Assembly (NCBI RefSeq): GCF_000315625.1
Contig: NW_005434638.1
Location: 334,440 to 398,439, forward strand
Direction: 5' to 3'
Source of the DNA: Guillardia theta CCMP2712
Taxonomy: Eukaryota; Protista; Cryptophyta
DNA: 64,000 bases
Below, one piece after another: positions 1 to 13,700 of this stretch (within the stretch, counting starts at the first letter, position 1; every line of letters begins with the position of its first letter). Made by a program: the position numbers and the translations under genes. The notes beneath the pieces were generated by a model. That model was not told the DNA's origin. It was given only the letters and a program-made list of their open reading frames with translations, and did not search any database.

Positions 1-3000
1 GTTTCTGGGTAGCAGCAGCAGAGGGAGAAGAAGACGAAGACGAAGAAGAAGAAGCCTTAGTGGTTGACGGCATTGGCACGAATGGTCTTAAGAGACGGAC
101 AGCAACGTCATTTTCTGTTGAGATTGGAATAGTCAGTGAGGGAATGCAGAGGAACGAGTTGAAGAGAAGGAACCAGATAGGGGATAGAGGAAGAGGAAGG
201 GATAGGGAACAAAGACGAGGAAGAGGAAGATTGTGAGGGAGGGGGGGAAGATCAAGGGAGGGAGGGGAAGTATGGAAGCAGCTGGCTCACCAACTCTCAG
301 GGCGAGATCCATCGGCGTTTCTCCATCCTTGGTTGTTCGGTTGACGTCTGCGTTCGCCTGCAGCGAAGTTTGAGAGAGATGCGGGGAGGAGGGAGGAAGG
401 GAGGCAGTCAGGGAGGGAGGGCAGGCAGGCAGGCAGGCAGGCAGGTAGCTTACCTGGGTTAATGATCGTATGATGAACTCAAGCTTCTTTTCCCATTCCT
501 TGTCCTCTGCTCTATCACTTCAGCTCCCTGGAGTATCCAACAACCCCAAACGTCCTCTCACCACATCCTGACGTTCGTAGACCCTCAGCACCGTCCACGC
601 CCTGGCCCGAGACCTTCTCTAGCTCATTAGCCCTCTTATCATTCTCTTTCTCTCCTTCCTTCCCGCCCTCTCCCCCCTCATTCCTTTCTGGTCGCGCCAT
701 GGCGGCAAAGTGGAGGGCCTGGGTCAAGCTCAGTCATGTCAAGGCAGCAGTTCAGCTCGTCACCGTCCATCCCTGCACATCTTGGTCGTCGACAGAGATC
801 AGCAGGCGCTCTCTCAGCTCGATCAGCTGGGAGAGGATGGCCGAGTACTCGCCCTCCTTCCCGTTCGAGCTCAGGTAGTTCTCTACCACCAGGGAGAGCA
901 CAGGGCACCAGCTGTTTCCCAGGCGCCGCTGCCGGGCAAGCTGCGGCTGCTTCCTGTTCCGCTCCCCTCCCTCGTGCAGCCCGGCTCCGTGCTCGAGGAG
1001 CAGCCGCATGACGCCTGGGTGGCCCATGGAGGCAGCGTAGGAGAGAGGCGTCCTGCCCCAGCGATCCTTCAGATTGACTTCAACTCCTCTGCTCAGAAGC
1101 GCTGCAGTCACTTCCTCTTGCCCGTGGAAGGAAGCATGATGTAGCAAGCTCCACTTGCTCAAGTCCCTGGCGTTCACGATCGACCGAGTCTCCTGCCCCG
1201 TGGCCGTCGCCTCCCCTGCGTCCAGCAGCTCAGACAGGATCTCTGCATGTCCTCCAGCTGCCGCAAGGTGAGCAGCGTTCAGGTGGGCGCCGTTGACGAG
1301 GGAGAGGGAGGCTCCCGCAGAGAGGAGGAGGCGGACGATAGGGAGGTTACCTCGGGCTACAGCCCGCATGAGGGGGGAGGAGCCCTTGTTGAATCGGGTG
1401 ATCGCTCCGTCGGGGCTCGCGCACAGGGACAGGAGGGAGGAGACAACTTCCTCTTGATTTCCTCCCACCGCCAGCTCCAGGGCAGCAGCCTCGCGCTTGA
1501 GGACGTCAGCTCTAACTGACATCTCGTCCTCCATCCTCGCCAGCATCTCCTCTGCTCCTTCCAGCCCCCCGCTGTCCTCCTCCACCCCGTGCCACTGCAG
1601 CAGGGAGCGCTTGCTCTGCGTGTTGAGGGTCGGGGAGTTGATGAAAGTCCACTGAAGGAAGAGGGCGAACTCCCGCAGCCTTGGCTTCCTGTGGAGGCCG
1701 CAAAGGCGAACTCTAGAGCGATCAGCAGGCGTGCTGAGGGAGGAGCTGGTTCCAACCAGCCTGGCGAACTCGACGCCGCTCAATCCCTGCTCCAACATCC
1801 CCAGCATTCTCACAGCTGAGACTGAGTTCCCTCCCATCTCGAAGAAGTTGGTCATCGGGCCCAGCGGCCCCTCCAGCTGCAGCACCTGACTCCAGATTTC
1901 CGAAACCAGCTCCTCCAGCTCGGTCCGCAGACTCTCCTCCCCTGCTTGTTGCCCTGCTTCCGTCCCGCTGGATTTTGCACCCTGCGCGGAGAGTGGGGGA
2001 GGAGGAGGGAGAGAGTTTCGATCTACTTTACCGTTAGAAGAGAGGGGCAAGCCTCCCTCCAGGAGGACGAACTGAGAAGGAACGTGGTACTGCGGCATGT
2101 ACTTGAGGCAGAGCAGGCGGAGGCATACCTCCCCGCCGTGCTCCATCATCCTCCTCGCCGCCTCCCCTCTCTTCTCCCTCACGCTCAGGTACGCGACTAG
2201 CCGCTCGCTGCTCTCAGAGCCGACTTTCACCACCACCACCCCTTCCACGAAGGAGCAGCGGCTAATCACCGACTCGATCTCCTGCAGCTCGATCCGGAAC
2301 CCCCTCAGCTTCACCTGGAAGTCTATCCTCCCCAGCACCTCAAGCTCGAGGTCCGAGTTCTTACCCCCTCCCCCTCTCCTCCTCCACCGCCCGACGTCTC
2401 CTGTGCGGAACCATCGGACTTGCTGATCATCCTCGAAGAACTTGGAACGGGTGAGCTCATCTCGCCTCAGGTACCCACATGCTACTTGTACTCCACCTAC
2501 CAAGATCTCCCCCTCGACGGCTCCTCCTTCCCCTTCATCCCCTTCCACCTTGACCAGCACGTCCTTGAAGGGTCGGCCCACAACCTTGAACTCATCCTCT
2601 TCCCTCCCATCGCACACGTGCCATGTCTGATAAACCGTCGCCTCCGTCACCCCGTACGTGTTGATCAGACGCAAGGCTCTGGACCACTTGGCTACGATGC
2701 TCGCAGTCAGCGCCGCCCCCCCCAGGGCCAGCACCCTCAGGTGGGGAAGGTCAGCAGCAGACACCGAGCCATCCAGCAGGCCCCACAGAGCTGGGGTAGT
2801 GCAGACATGGGTCACTCTACCCTGCACAAGCACGTCCAAGAGGCTGGTGGTGAGCGACGCGCGGGGGGCGATGCAGAGCAGAGCAGCTTGAGCGAGGGTC
2901 GAGAAGATGTCGCCAAGGGAAGGGTCCCACGTGATAGCAGCAGCCAGCAGCACGCGGGAGTTAGAGTCGATCTCGTGAGCAAGAGCTTTGCTCTGCATGT

Positions 3001-3794
3001 AGGCCAAGAGGCCCCTGCCCTCACCGTCGTCAGCTCATTCAACCTCCCCCGCCGTCTCACCTGTGCTCGCAGACCACTCCCTTGGGCTCCCCCGTCGTAC
3101 CAGACGTGTAGATGATGTGGCTTCTCAAGTGACTTACCTCCATGTCGTCTCCATCCACACAGCTCTCCCGTCCAGTCTCAGCTCGCTGCTTCCCATCGGC
3201 ATTTAGGAACTCCCGCAGGCCATCGCAACCTCCATCAACAGAGCCCTCCAGCACGTCCTCGACAACGACTAGCACGAGGGCTCGGGATGTTTTACCTCCT
3301 TCCTTCTTGGCGGAGGCTTCAACACGCTCACAGCTCTCGGCGATCACGAACACGTCCATCCCCTCCGACACGAGCTTGTTTCGGATCACTCGGCACGCTG
3401 CTCTCAGGACGAGAGCCACGCGCGCCGAAGAGTCTCGGAGGATGTAGGCGATGCGAGCATCAGGCCACGTGGGATCGATGGGTACGAAGACAGAACGGCA
3501 CTTGAGCACTGCTAGCTCGCTCATCACGATCTCCGGCCCCTCGTCCACCAGGATCGCCACATGCTGCTGGGCGGCCTCCGGCATATCCCAGCAGGACCTC
3601 ACCAGCTCCAGCACTTCCCCCAGCAGCGAGGAGAGGACGTAACTATAGCGATTGACTTGAGCGTACGTAATGATGTGTCCCTCCTGATGACCGTCTCCTG
3701 ACAGCCAAAGTATTGCTGCCTTGCTAGGGTTCAGCTCGGCCACTCGCTCCACAACCTGGTGAACCAGGACCTCGGAGCATTCCGGACCTCCCAT
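1..3794 (-). CDS. NRPS-like protein: adenylation (A) domain + phosphopantetheine carrier (T) + ankyrin repeats; 3' end runs off the window
   Basis: A-domain cores HIIYTSGTTGEPKGV, INTYGVTEAT, GEILVGG..VACGYL, WFRTGD, GRIDFQVKLRGFRIELQEIE and LPLSSNGKVDR. Carrier motif NFFEMGGNS. Ankyrin repeats GSSPLMRAV, AAHLAA, SLLHHAS, GRTPLSYAA, GWTALHFAA and GETPMDLA. GT-AG introns at 3015-3060 and 719-763 join the ORFs in frame. Further exons lie at about 454-506, 292-357 and 1-114. Confidence 0.9.
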
Positions 3795-4883
3795 GCCGTT
3801 TGGGCGTCGAGAGGAGTCCAACGGAGCAGCAGAGGTGGTGGTGGTGGTGGGGTATTCTGATCGCTCGCTCCTCCTACTGTCCTCCTACTGTCCTCCTACT
3901 GTCTTCCTATCCTCCCACTGCCCTCCTACTCTTCTCTCCCCTCCTCCTACTCTTCTCTCCCCTCCTCCTCCTCCTCCTCCTCCCCTGTCTGGTTGCCTGG
4001 GCAGTCCCTAGCGGGATTTGTCGCACATGCCCGACAACCGCAAACTTTGAAACTTTGAAACTTTGAGGCCCTTGAAACTCCGAGAGTTTTGAGTCGCACC
4101 ATGTTTCTTTCCGCCAGGGGTACTAATCATGTATTATTTGATATGTGTAGTTCGGAAGATCATGAAATTGTTCAATAATATTTGAAAATTTTATGAAATT
4201 TATGAGCCCTGTTGGAGAACAAACATCCAAAATTAGATCAGTTAACATGGTCGTCGTGGCATCTCGTGATGGCAGAGAGCGAAAGCACCGGGAGCATGCA
4301 GGGGGGGAGGCAGAGGGAGGGAGGACAAGGTTCTGGAGCATGTACAGGGAAGAGAGATGGCGACAGGCTGAGTACGAGTTGAGCCATCAAGGTTGTGTGG
4401 AGGAGGTGCAGAGGGTTTGAAGGAGTCATACGTCACAACAGGCTGGGTTTGATATGCGGGATTCGCATGTAGGATTTGATTGGAGGAGTTGAGGAACCTA
4501 GTATGTCTCCATCTAGAGAGAGAAACCAAGACGATCAAACATCACTTTCCCGCTTCTTCTTCCATCCATGTGTGTGATCGCAAGTATGCAGTGTGATGAT
4601 GTTGTCACAAAGAACTTTGGGGCTGGAACATACCATTGTTCCTTGCACCTCAAGAAAGCTGGAGCAGCAGTATTATAAATCAATGTATGAGACTGTGATG
4701 CGAAGAAATCACACTCGAGGAGAGGGATAGTTTGAAATTACATCGGGATGCTGCTGCAGCGCTTTCTGTCTATGTTGTACTGAACAGCACTGTGCAGCCT
4801 GGATCTCTGCTGCAAGAGTTTGAATATGGCGGTATGCTGCATTTATTCATTTCTACCCTCCATAGCCTCACTTTTACTCCTCA

Positions 4884-7017
4884 GGCGCCCGGCTCAGACA
4901 TTCAGAGCATCGCCGACATGCTGGACAAACAAGGCAGCCAAGTTCAGACGCTCCGAGTCTCCTTTGCTGAGAACGCCGACCCGTCCCAGGTGCTAGGCGG
5001 CGGTTCTTCTCCTCCTGTCGCTGAGGCTCGTCACAGGCCGAAACGCTGAGCAAGGCTGAAAGAAAGGCGCTGTGGGAGGCGCAAAACGCGCAGAAGGCGG
5101 GTGAGAAGCAGAAGCTGAGCAAGGCGGAGCGGAGAGAGATCCAGGAGAAGCAGAGAGCCGCCAAGGCCGGAACGGAAGAGCCCGAGGTCTGACAACGTGT
5201 GACTAGTCGTTTGACGCGCTCATGGAGTTGTGCGGCAACCAGCAGGCAGCGGCGGCTCCGAAGCAGAAGGATCCAGCGAGCAAACCAGCCAAGAGTGAGA
5301 ATCAAACCCCCAACGTCCAACCAGCCAAGTCAGCCCAGCCGGTGAGGGACGCGATGGAGAGGCTGGGGGGTCTGCTGATCGTCTGACTTTTCTGTTCCCA
5401 GGGAGATGCAGCCTCGGGCAACGCGCCCGGCAAGGGAAGTGCAGGGACTAGGCTGCAGCATGATGACCCCAAGGCAAGCTCCTGTCCTGCCGTCCTGTGC
5501 TGGTGTGGCTGATCCTTTGCGCCTCAGGCCATGGCGAAAGCGAAGAGAAACCAGGCGCTTCACAGGACTGAGATGCAGAAGAAGGTCCCCTGGTTCTCGC
5601 ATCTCCCTCAGTACGAGAGGGAGGCTTCGTTGTCGGCACAGCTCGCCGAGAGGACGGACAACGACATCCATCCTGAAGTGCTGAAGCTCGGTCTGAAGTT
5701 GGCTGACTGGTTGATTGTCGGAGGAAACGCCCGCACGGAGGCCATGTTGAAGGCCTTCAGCAAGGTAATCATGGACTACAACCCTCCCAAGGACCACGAG
5801 ACAGGAGCCGACATGAGCCGCCATCTGGACACAAGGCTGAAGCCCATGATCTCGTACCTGGTTGCCTGCCGACCGCTCTGCATCGGCATGGGCAACGCGA
5901 TCAGATGGTTGAAGGGAAAGATTGCGCACCTTCCCCCGACTCTCTCACTGGATGACGCAAAACAGCACCTTCATGAGCAGATGGAAGGATATGTCACTGA
6001 GAAGATTGTGTTTGCTGACAGAATCATCTCAAAGCATGCTGCCGCTAAGATCAACAACAACGACGTGATCCTCGTCTACGCGCGGTCCATGGCAGTCGAG
6101 GCGGCGATTCTTCGGGCACACAAGGAGGGGACAACCTTCAGGGTGATTGTCGTCGACTCACGTCCGAAGGTGAGGACGCTCTGTAGCTGCTGCCTCGACT
6201 GACTGTCGTGAAAGATGGAGGGGAAGCAGCTGCTGGACAGAGTCAGTGCTGCTGGGGTCGCTTGCACTTACATCATGATCAATTCTCTCAGCTTCGTGAT
6301 GAAGGAAGTGACCAAGGTCAGTTGCGATGAAGCTCGTCCAGCAGACTGACGTTGCGCTCCAGGTGTTCCTTGGCGCATCTGCCATGCTCGCCAACGGCAA
6401 CGTGATCTCGCGCGTCGGAACGGCGTCTGTCGCGATGATGGCGAGGCAGTACAAGGTCCCCGTCCTGGTGTGCTGTGAGACGTACAAGTTCTCGGAGAAG
6501 GTGAGGAGGGGGGAGGGGGGGGGGGGGACGAGGGCGGGAGGGAGAGGGAAGAACGAGAATGAGAAGACAACGGGGGGGAGGAGATAAGCATGACTAAGGG
6601 GAGGTGATGATGTCAGGAGGAGCTGACTGACGTTCAGGTGATGTTGGACTCTATCTGCAACAATGAGCTCGGAGATCCTGACGAGTTGGTTGCGTCCAAC
6701 AACGTGAGTCCTTCCTCCACCTCCCTCCTCCTCCTGCTTCCTTCCTCCACCTCCCTCCTCCATCCTCCCTCCTCCCTCCTCCCTCCCCTGAAGGCTGCCG
6801 GCAGACGCTGGCCGACTGGAGGGACGTCAAGGACATGAAGCTCCTCAACCTGGTGTACGACCTGACCCCTGCCGAGTCGTTGACGCTAGTGATCACGGTG
6901 ACGGATCCCTGCTGTGATGCCCTCCGGTATCTGATTGGCTTGCAGGAGCTGGGATATCTACCGCCGTCTTCAGTACCCGTTGTCATCCGTGAATACCGCA
7001 AAGAAGTCACACTCTAG
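4884..7017 (+). CDS. EIF2B4: Translation initiation factor eIF2B subunit delta (multi-exon; 5' end uncertain)
   Basis: Motifs [25 protein letters not shown]...[60 protein letters not shown] and NLVYDLTP...[16 protein letters not shown], followed by a TAG ending at 7017. Confidence 0.93.
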
Positions 7018-7775
7018 CCTTAACTCTCTCTAAAAGTGCTCAAAGTGCCTTGGTAAATCCTCCTCCCAGTTCGTTGACCTCGCTAGAAATACCATACATT
7101 TGAGTAGCTCTGGGAATAGGGCCCGAGAAACTCTCACCACCAAATCAGTTGTCTCCTCCCGCACCCAGTCGTCCTCCTCTCCTCTCTACCCCTTTCTCCT
7201 CCTCTTTCTCTCCTCCTGCTATCTCTCACTCTCCTCCTGCTCTCTCCTGCTCTCTCTCTCTCCCTCCTACTCTCTCCTCCTCTCCTCTCTAGCTTGCTTC
7301 GTAACCTGCCTGTACTAGTTCTCGATTACCTCTAGCTACCTCAAGCTCGTCACTGTTGGTTTCCCGTTTCAATTCAGGGGGTGGGGGTGAAAATTAACCG
7401 GGTATATCCCCCTTTTCAACCAGACTATTCATGGGTGGAGAATGAAAAAATAGTCGTTGGGGTAGGGTGGAGGCTTGTCAACACCAGGCAACGGCTTATG
7501 GCGGAGGCTTCGTGGAAGAGAGGGAGGAGGGAGGAGGAGGAGAAGTGAGATAGCAGAGCAGCAGAAGGTGCAGGAGAGAAGAAGGACAGGGAAGGGAGAC
7601 AACACCATCGAGTATAGGAGGAGAAGTCGTCACGTTGTCGAACGACAACTGACCAAGGAAGGTCTGTCGGTGGTTGGAACAAGGTATTAGAGTTTAACAA
7701 GTCTAAGAGCACTCACTAGTAGCTCATAGCTTCTCCCCCTCAGTCTGCATGCATCAGTAAGTCCAGCCAGCGACC

Positions 7776-10700
7776 ATGGCTCCCAACTTTCATCCAGACG
7801 AGAGGTCTTATCAGTTCGCCAAGTGGACGACGGAAGAATGCCTTGAAGTCGGCATTGACTGGACAGACCCAGAGTCCCTGATCAACAAGAGGTCAATCCC
7901 AGTTACCTACTTCCTTGAGTACCCCGTGATCCCCAACATCAACCTCAAGAAACAAGCGGAGGATGAAGGAGTAGAGGGCTGCTGCGTCGACTACGACATC
8001 GAAGGCAGCGGGGTATGGGTACCTTGCCTGGTGCTCTCGGCGGCCAAGCTGTTCACTGTCATAGTTGCGGGATACAACCATCCCACTCAAGTGCCTCGTC
8101 ATCGCGTCCTCCTGCTCGACGAGAATCCTCGACTCTTTGCCAGAAGTCTGCACAAGGCGCTGAGGGAGCGGGAGCGAGCGGAGACGTTCTTGCGATACAA
8201 CATCTACGCCGAGAATATGCCGACGTCAGACCTGCCTCCGATGGTGTGAACTTTCTCTGTCTCTCTGTCTCTCTCGCCCCTGCTGCCTCTCTCCCAGCCC
8301 ACAAAGTCCCTCCCTCCCTCCCTCCCTCCCTCCCTCCCTCCCTCCCTCCCTCCTCTTCTGTCTGAAAGCCCCCTCCTAAAACTTATATGCTCTGTCAGAC
8401 GCCATGGGAAATCTCCCGCATCACCAGCTCCGCGCTGAACTCAAAGACGCTTGCAAAGTTTGGAGAAGGAGGTAAGGGCAAGAGGCAGCTGTTCGTACAT
8501 AATCACCTGCGTCCCTAACTTCCCCGGCAGGGATGACAAGCATGCTGCTGGACGAGGTCAGGACTGATCATGAGCTGACTCTAAATCAGATCGTCCTCAA
8601 GTCCGTCCTGCAAGACAAGAAGGACCAGAAGGATTTCTCCCTCCTCGACCTGACCTGCCTGGACATCAACACGCCCAAGGCACCGGCCCCGCAGACTGGA
8701 ACCATCGTGGTGGAGCCGTACAGCTTCGCAAACGCGTTGAGAGAGTTCCAGGAGAAGACCCTGCTCTCGTTCAAGGAGGTCGTGCACGCCCTGTGCAACG
8801 TGCGATCGGAGTGCAGCAAGGTGTTGGAGCTGCAGCTGCTGGTCACTGAGTTCAAGTCCAGCGTTAGCCTCACCGAGTTCAAGCGCATCCAGACCGACAC
8901 GGTCAAGTATGTCGTGCAGACCCTCAAGCGGAACTGGATCGACGGGATCCGCATCGGCATCTCGACGCAGCTGGACGGGCTCAAGAACGAGCTGGACCTG
9001 GAGGTCAACGACAAGAAGAAGTTCGAAGAGAGCCCCCTCCCCATCCTTCTGCGCCAGGTGAGCGAAGCCTGCTGGAATCGTGCTTGGGTAGACTGACGTT
9101 GTGAGCAGGTGAGGTATGTCATGGAGCAGAGCCTTCGAGTGCTGGTGGAAGAGAGCGCCTCTGCCTACACCAAGTTCCTCTCGGATCTGACGGACATGGA
9201 CGTGCAAGTACTGTCCACCGACTCCGTGACCATCAGGCACAACCAGCAGGAAGAGCACCTGCGGGAGAGAGACCCGTTCTTCCTCGTCGAGCTCAAGTTC
9301 GAGGACGGGATGTTCGTCTACACCACCAGCCCAGCTGACTTTGAGCGAGAGCCAGTCGATCTCTTCATCGAAGCCCTTGTTGCAGTCTCCGACATCCCCC
9401 GCGCCGACTCCTACGTCCTCAAGAAGCTCTTCCTTGGTCGACTCATGTGTCTCTACTCGATCGGGCCCGAGGAAGACCAGATGGTGAGGAGGATCGAGCT
9501 GATGAGGGAGCAGCTGCACAAGGTCTGCAGTCCCCTCACTGAGTACCTCCGGCTGTACGACGAGTACCTCGAGTTCCTCAACATGGACCTGAGCGAGTAC
9601 GTTCGCTCGCACGAGGAGAAGGGTTTGTCGCTGCAGGAGGACAAGGACGAGGTCAGACGACTCAATGACGAGAAGGCTCGGATTACAGAGAGCATCCCTC
9701 CCTCCATCAGGATCGGTATCTTCCAGGTGGACTGTCAGAACGTCAAGCAGCAGCTGCAGACCAAGTTCGACCTGCTCGTCAGAATGATTCTTTCCCTCAT
9801 TGCGCAGAAGGTAAACCAATCATCCCAGTGTTACTCTCTCTTCCTCCTCCTCCTCCTCCTCCTCCTCTCTCTTCCTCCCGAAAACTCTTTTCTCCCATTG
9901 TCTTCCTCTTCGTCTCATGACTGTAAACGTTCTTCTTGCACTGACTTGTGCGGTGGAGGCGTCGGAGCTGAGCAAGAACATCGGCTCCAAGTTCACTGAC
10001 ATCCACAAGAAGTTGCTCCTGCATCCGGAGAGCGTCGAGCAGATCGTTGAGATGGAGGAGTACATCAAAGAGATCCCTAAAAAGACGGCAGAGATCCACA
10101 TGGTTCTAGTCGACATGCTCTCACAGTTCGAAGTCCTCGAGAACTTCTCCTTCCAGCTCAGTGACGAGCAGTTCAGCGACAAGTGGTCGGCGTACGCCTG
10201 GCCAAAGACGCTGGAGCAGACGATCGGCGACGCCAGCCAGAAGATGGAGGAGAAGAGAGATGCGTTCAAGAACGAGCAGATCGCTGAGCAGGAGGCGTTC
10301 GTGGACAAGCTCGACCAGATGGAGGCGATCATCGAGACCTACCACCAACACAACTCCCTCAGTAACATCGATACCATCGCCCCTGACGTCCGGGCCAAGG
10401 CGCAGACTCTCAAGGAGTACACGGAGTTGTCCAAGGTCTTCAATCAGCGAGAAGTCCTCTTCGGCCTCGAGCCGACCAACTACGAGCGGGTGCACAGGAT
10501 GGGCAAACAGTTCGAGCCCTACACGCAGCTGTGGATCTCAACGGACGACTGGAGGACGTGGAAGCAGTCGTGGCTGGTGGACGACTTCACCTCCCTGCAG
10601 CCCGAGACCATGGACCAGGAGATCCAGGAGACCTGGAGAAACCTGCTCAAGGCCAGCAAGGCTCTTGCCGACTACCCCGAGTGTCAGAATATCGCTGACG

Positions 10701-13700
10701 AGATCCGGGCTGACATCGACGAGTTCAAGCCGCTCATGCCCGTCATCGCCTCCCTGCGCAACCCCGGGCTCAAGGATCGTCACTGGGAGCAGATGTCAGC
10801 AGAGCTGGGATTCGAGCTGAAGCTGGGAAAGACGCTGAAGAACCTGCAGGACGTGATCGCCCTCGACCTGCATGCCCAGCAGGAGAAGATCGTCAAGATC
10901 TGCGAGACGGCGGCCAAGGAGTACTCGATCGAGGCGGCGCTCAACAAGATGCAGAACGAGTGGGAGCATGTGGAGTTCGAGATCATGCCGTACCGCGAGA
11001 CCGGCTCCTTCGTGCTCAAGGGGTCGGACGATATCCAGCAGATGCTTGATGACAACATCGTCATGGCGCAGGCCATGAGCTTCTCCCCCTTCAAGAAGCC
11101 TCACGCCGAGAGGCTCGAAGCCTGGGCCCAGAAGCTCAACATGATGTCGGAGATTCTAGAGCAGTGGCTCAACTGCCAGAGGTCCGCTATTTGCTCTTCC
11201 TCCTTCTTCCTCCTTCCTCCTTCCTCCTTCCTCCTTCCTCCTTCCTCCTTCCTCCTTCCTCCTCTGACAGAGCTTGACCTCTGGTGGCAGGAATTGGATG
11301 TACCTAGAGCCAATCTTCAGCTCTGACGACATCATGAAGCAGCTGCCGTCGGAGGGTCAGAAGTTCAAGGCCTGCGACCGGCAGTGGAGAAAGTACATGA
11401 AGATGGCAGCCGATGACCCCAACGCCCTTCGCTTCACCGACACGCCTGACCTCCTCGGGATTTTCATGCAGGCCTACCTCACGCTCGAGCAGGTACAGAA
11501 GGGTCTGTCGGACTACCTCGAGACCAAAAGGCAGGCGTTCGCTCGCTTCTACTTCCTCAGCAATGAGGAGCTGCTCGAGATCCTGTCACAGACTAAAGAC
11601 CCGCGGGCAGTCCAGCCACACCTGCGCAAGTGCTTCGAGGCCGTGGACCGAGTCACGTTCGAGGAGGACCTGGCCATGACGTCCATGTGGTCGGGGGAGG
11701 GAGAGAACGTCGTGTGGGACGGGAAGGTGTACCCTGAGGGGAACGTGGAGTTCTGGCTGACCGACGTCGAGAGGATGATGCGCATGTCCATCAACACGCA
11801 GGTAGGATACTCGGTGGAGGACTATGCCAAGGAGAGCCGCCCGGTGTGGGTCCTCAAGTGGCCGGGCCAGATCATCCTGGCGTGCGACCAGATCTACTGG
11901 ACGAGGGAGACGGAGGAGGCGATCAAGAAGCTACAGCTGAAGGAGTACCACGAGCAGTGCCATCAGCAGCTCCTGGACGTGACGAAGCTCGTCAGGACTG
12001 ATCTGAGCAAGATGCAGAGGGTCTCCCTCGGCGCCCTCGTGACCCTCGATGTCCATGGCAGAGACGTCGTGGAGAACCTGCACAAGGTTGGCGTCCAGTC
12101 CACCAGAGACTTCGAGTGGTCCGCCCAGCTGAGGTACTACTGGGAGAAGAGCTCGGAGGGATTCAGCGGCGACTTTGGGAGCTTCGTGGTGCAGGTGGAG
12201 AACAGGTTCCGCTACGGCTGCGAGTACCTGGGGAACAGCATGAGGCTCGTCGTCACTCCCCTCACCGACAGGATCTACCTCACCCTTACCGGGGCCCTCG
12301 GCATGGCACTCGGCGGGGCTCCGGCAGGGCCAGCAGGGACCGGGAAGACGGAGACGACCAAGGACCTCGCCAAGGCGCTGGCGAAGCAGTGCATCGTGTT
12401 CAACTGCCAGGAGGGGATGGACTACATCATGGTGGGGAAGTTCTTCAAGGGGCTGGCCATGTCCGGGGCATGGGCCTGCTTCGACGAGTTCAACAGGATC
12501 AACATCGAAGTGCTCTCCGTCATCGCCCAGCAGCTGCTCACCATCAACCAGGCCATCGTCAACAAGCTGGAGCGGTTCGTGTTCGAGGGGGTGGAGATCT
12601 CGCTGAACCCGGAGAACGCTTCCTTCATCACCATGAACCCGGGCTACGCGGGGAGGACCGAGCTGCCCGACAACCTCAAGGTTCTCTTCCGCCCAGTCGC
12701 CTGCATGGTCCCCAACTACGCTCTCATCGGGGAGATCCGCCTCTTCTCCTTCGGCTTCCAGGACCCGAGGAACCTGGCGGAGAAGATGGTGAATTGCTTC
12801 AAGCTCTCTTCAGAGCAGCTCTCCTCCCAGGACCACTATGACTTCGGCATGCGAGCAGTCAACACTGTCATCTCCGCCGCCGGGCTCAACAAACGCAGCC
12901 AGCCGGACGCAGACGAGGGCATCCTTATGCTCCGCGCGCTCAAGGACTCGAACCTGCCCAAGTTCCTGACGGACGATATCGTGCTCTTCAGCGGTATCAT
13001 CTCGGATCTCTTCCCCGGCGTGAAGCTGCCGGATCCCGACTACGGCTCGTTGATGGAGCAGATGAAGTTGACTACAGCTGAGATGGGCCTGCAGTGTGTT
13101 CCTAACTTCATGACCAAGGCAATCCAGTTCTACGACGTCACCGTCCTCCGCCACGGACTCATGACTGTCGGGCCCACCGGAGGAGGAAAGACTTGCTGCA
13201 AGAACATGCTGGCCAAGGCACTGACGATGCTCAAGAAGAATCAGGACGAGTACTACGAGGTCAGGCAGCTGATCATGAACCCCAAGTCCATCACCATGGG
13301 TCAGCTCTACGGCAGCTTCGACGAGGCTACTCACGAGTGGTCGGACGGCATCCTATGCAAGCTCTTCAGGGAGGCCGTCTACGACACCAGCGAGAAGCAG
13401 AAGTGGGTTGTCTTCGACGGGCCGGTTGACGCGCTCTGGATCGAGTCGATGAACACCGTGCTCGACGAGAACAAGAAGCTGTGCCTGGTCAGCGGGGAGA
13501 TCATCACCATGACGTCATGGATGAGGATGGTGTTCGAGGTCGAGGACCTCTCCGTAGCCTCCCCCGCTACCGTCAGCCGCGTCGGCATCATCTACGTTGA
13601 GCCCAGCTCGTCCGTCGGCACTGCCGCCATGGTGACCTCCTGGCTCCAGACCCTCCCCGAGGCCGTCAGGCCGATGGAGAAGCAGCTCAAGACCCTGTTC

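Noticed and set aside
1-3794. Link between the Lys2/AASDH-like A domain and the lysine cluster
   Set aside because: It lies more than 50 kb away with many unrelated genes between, and no reductase domain is visible, so it is not an aminoadipate reductase.
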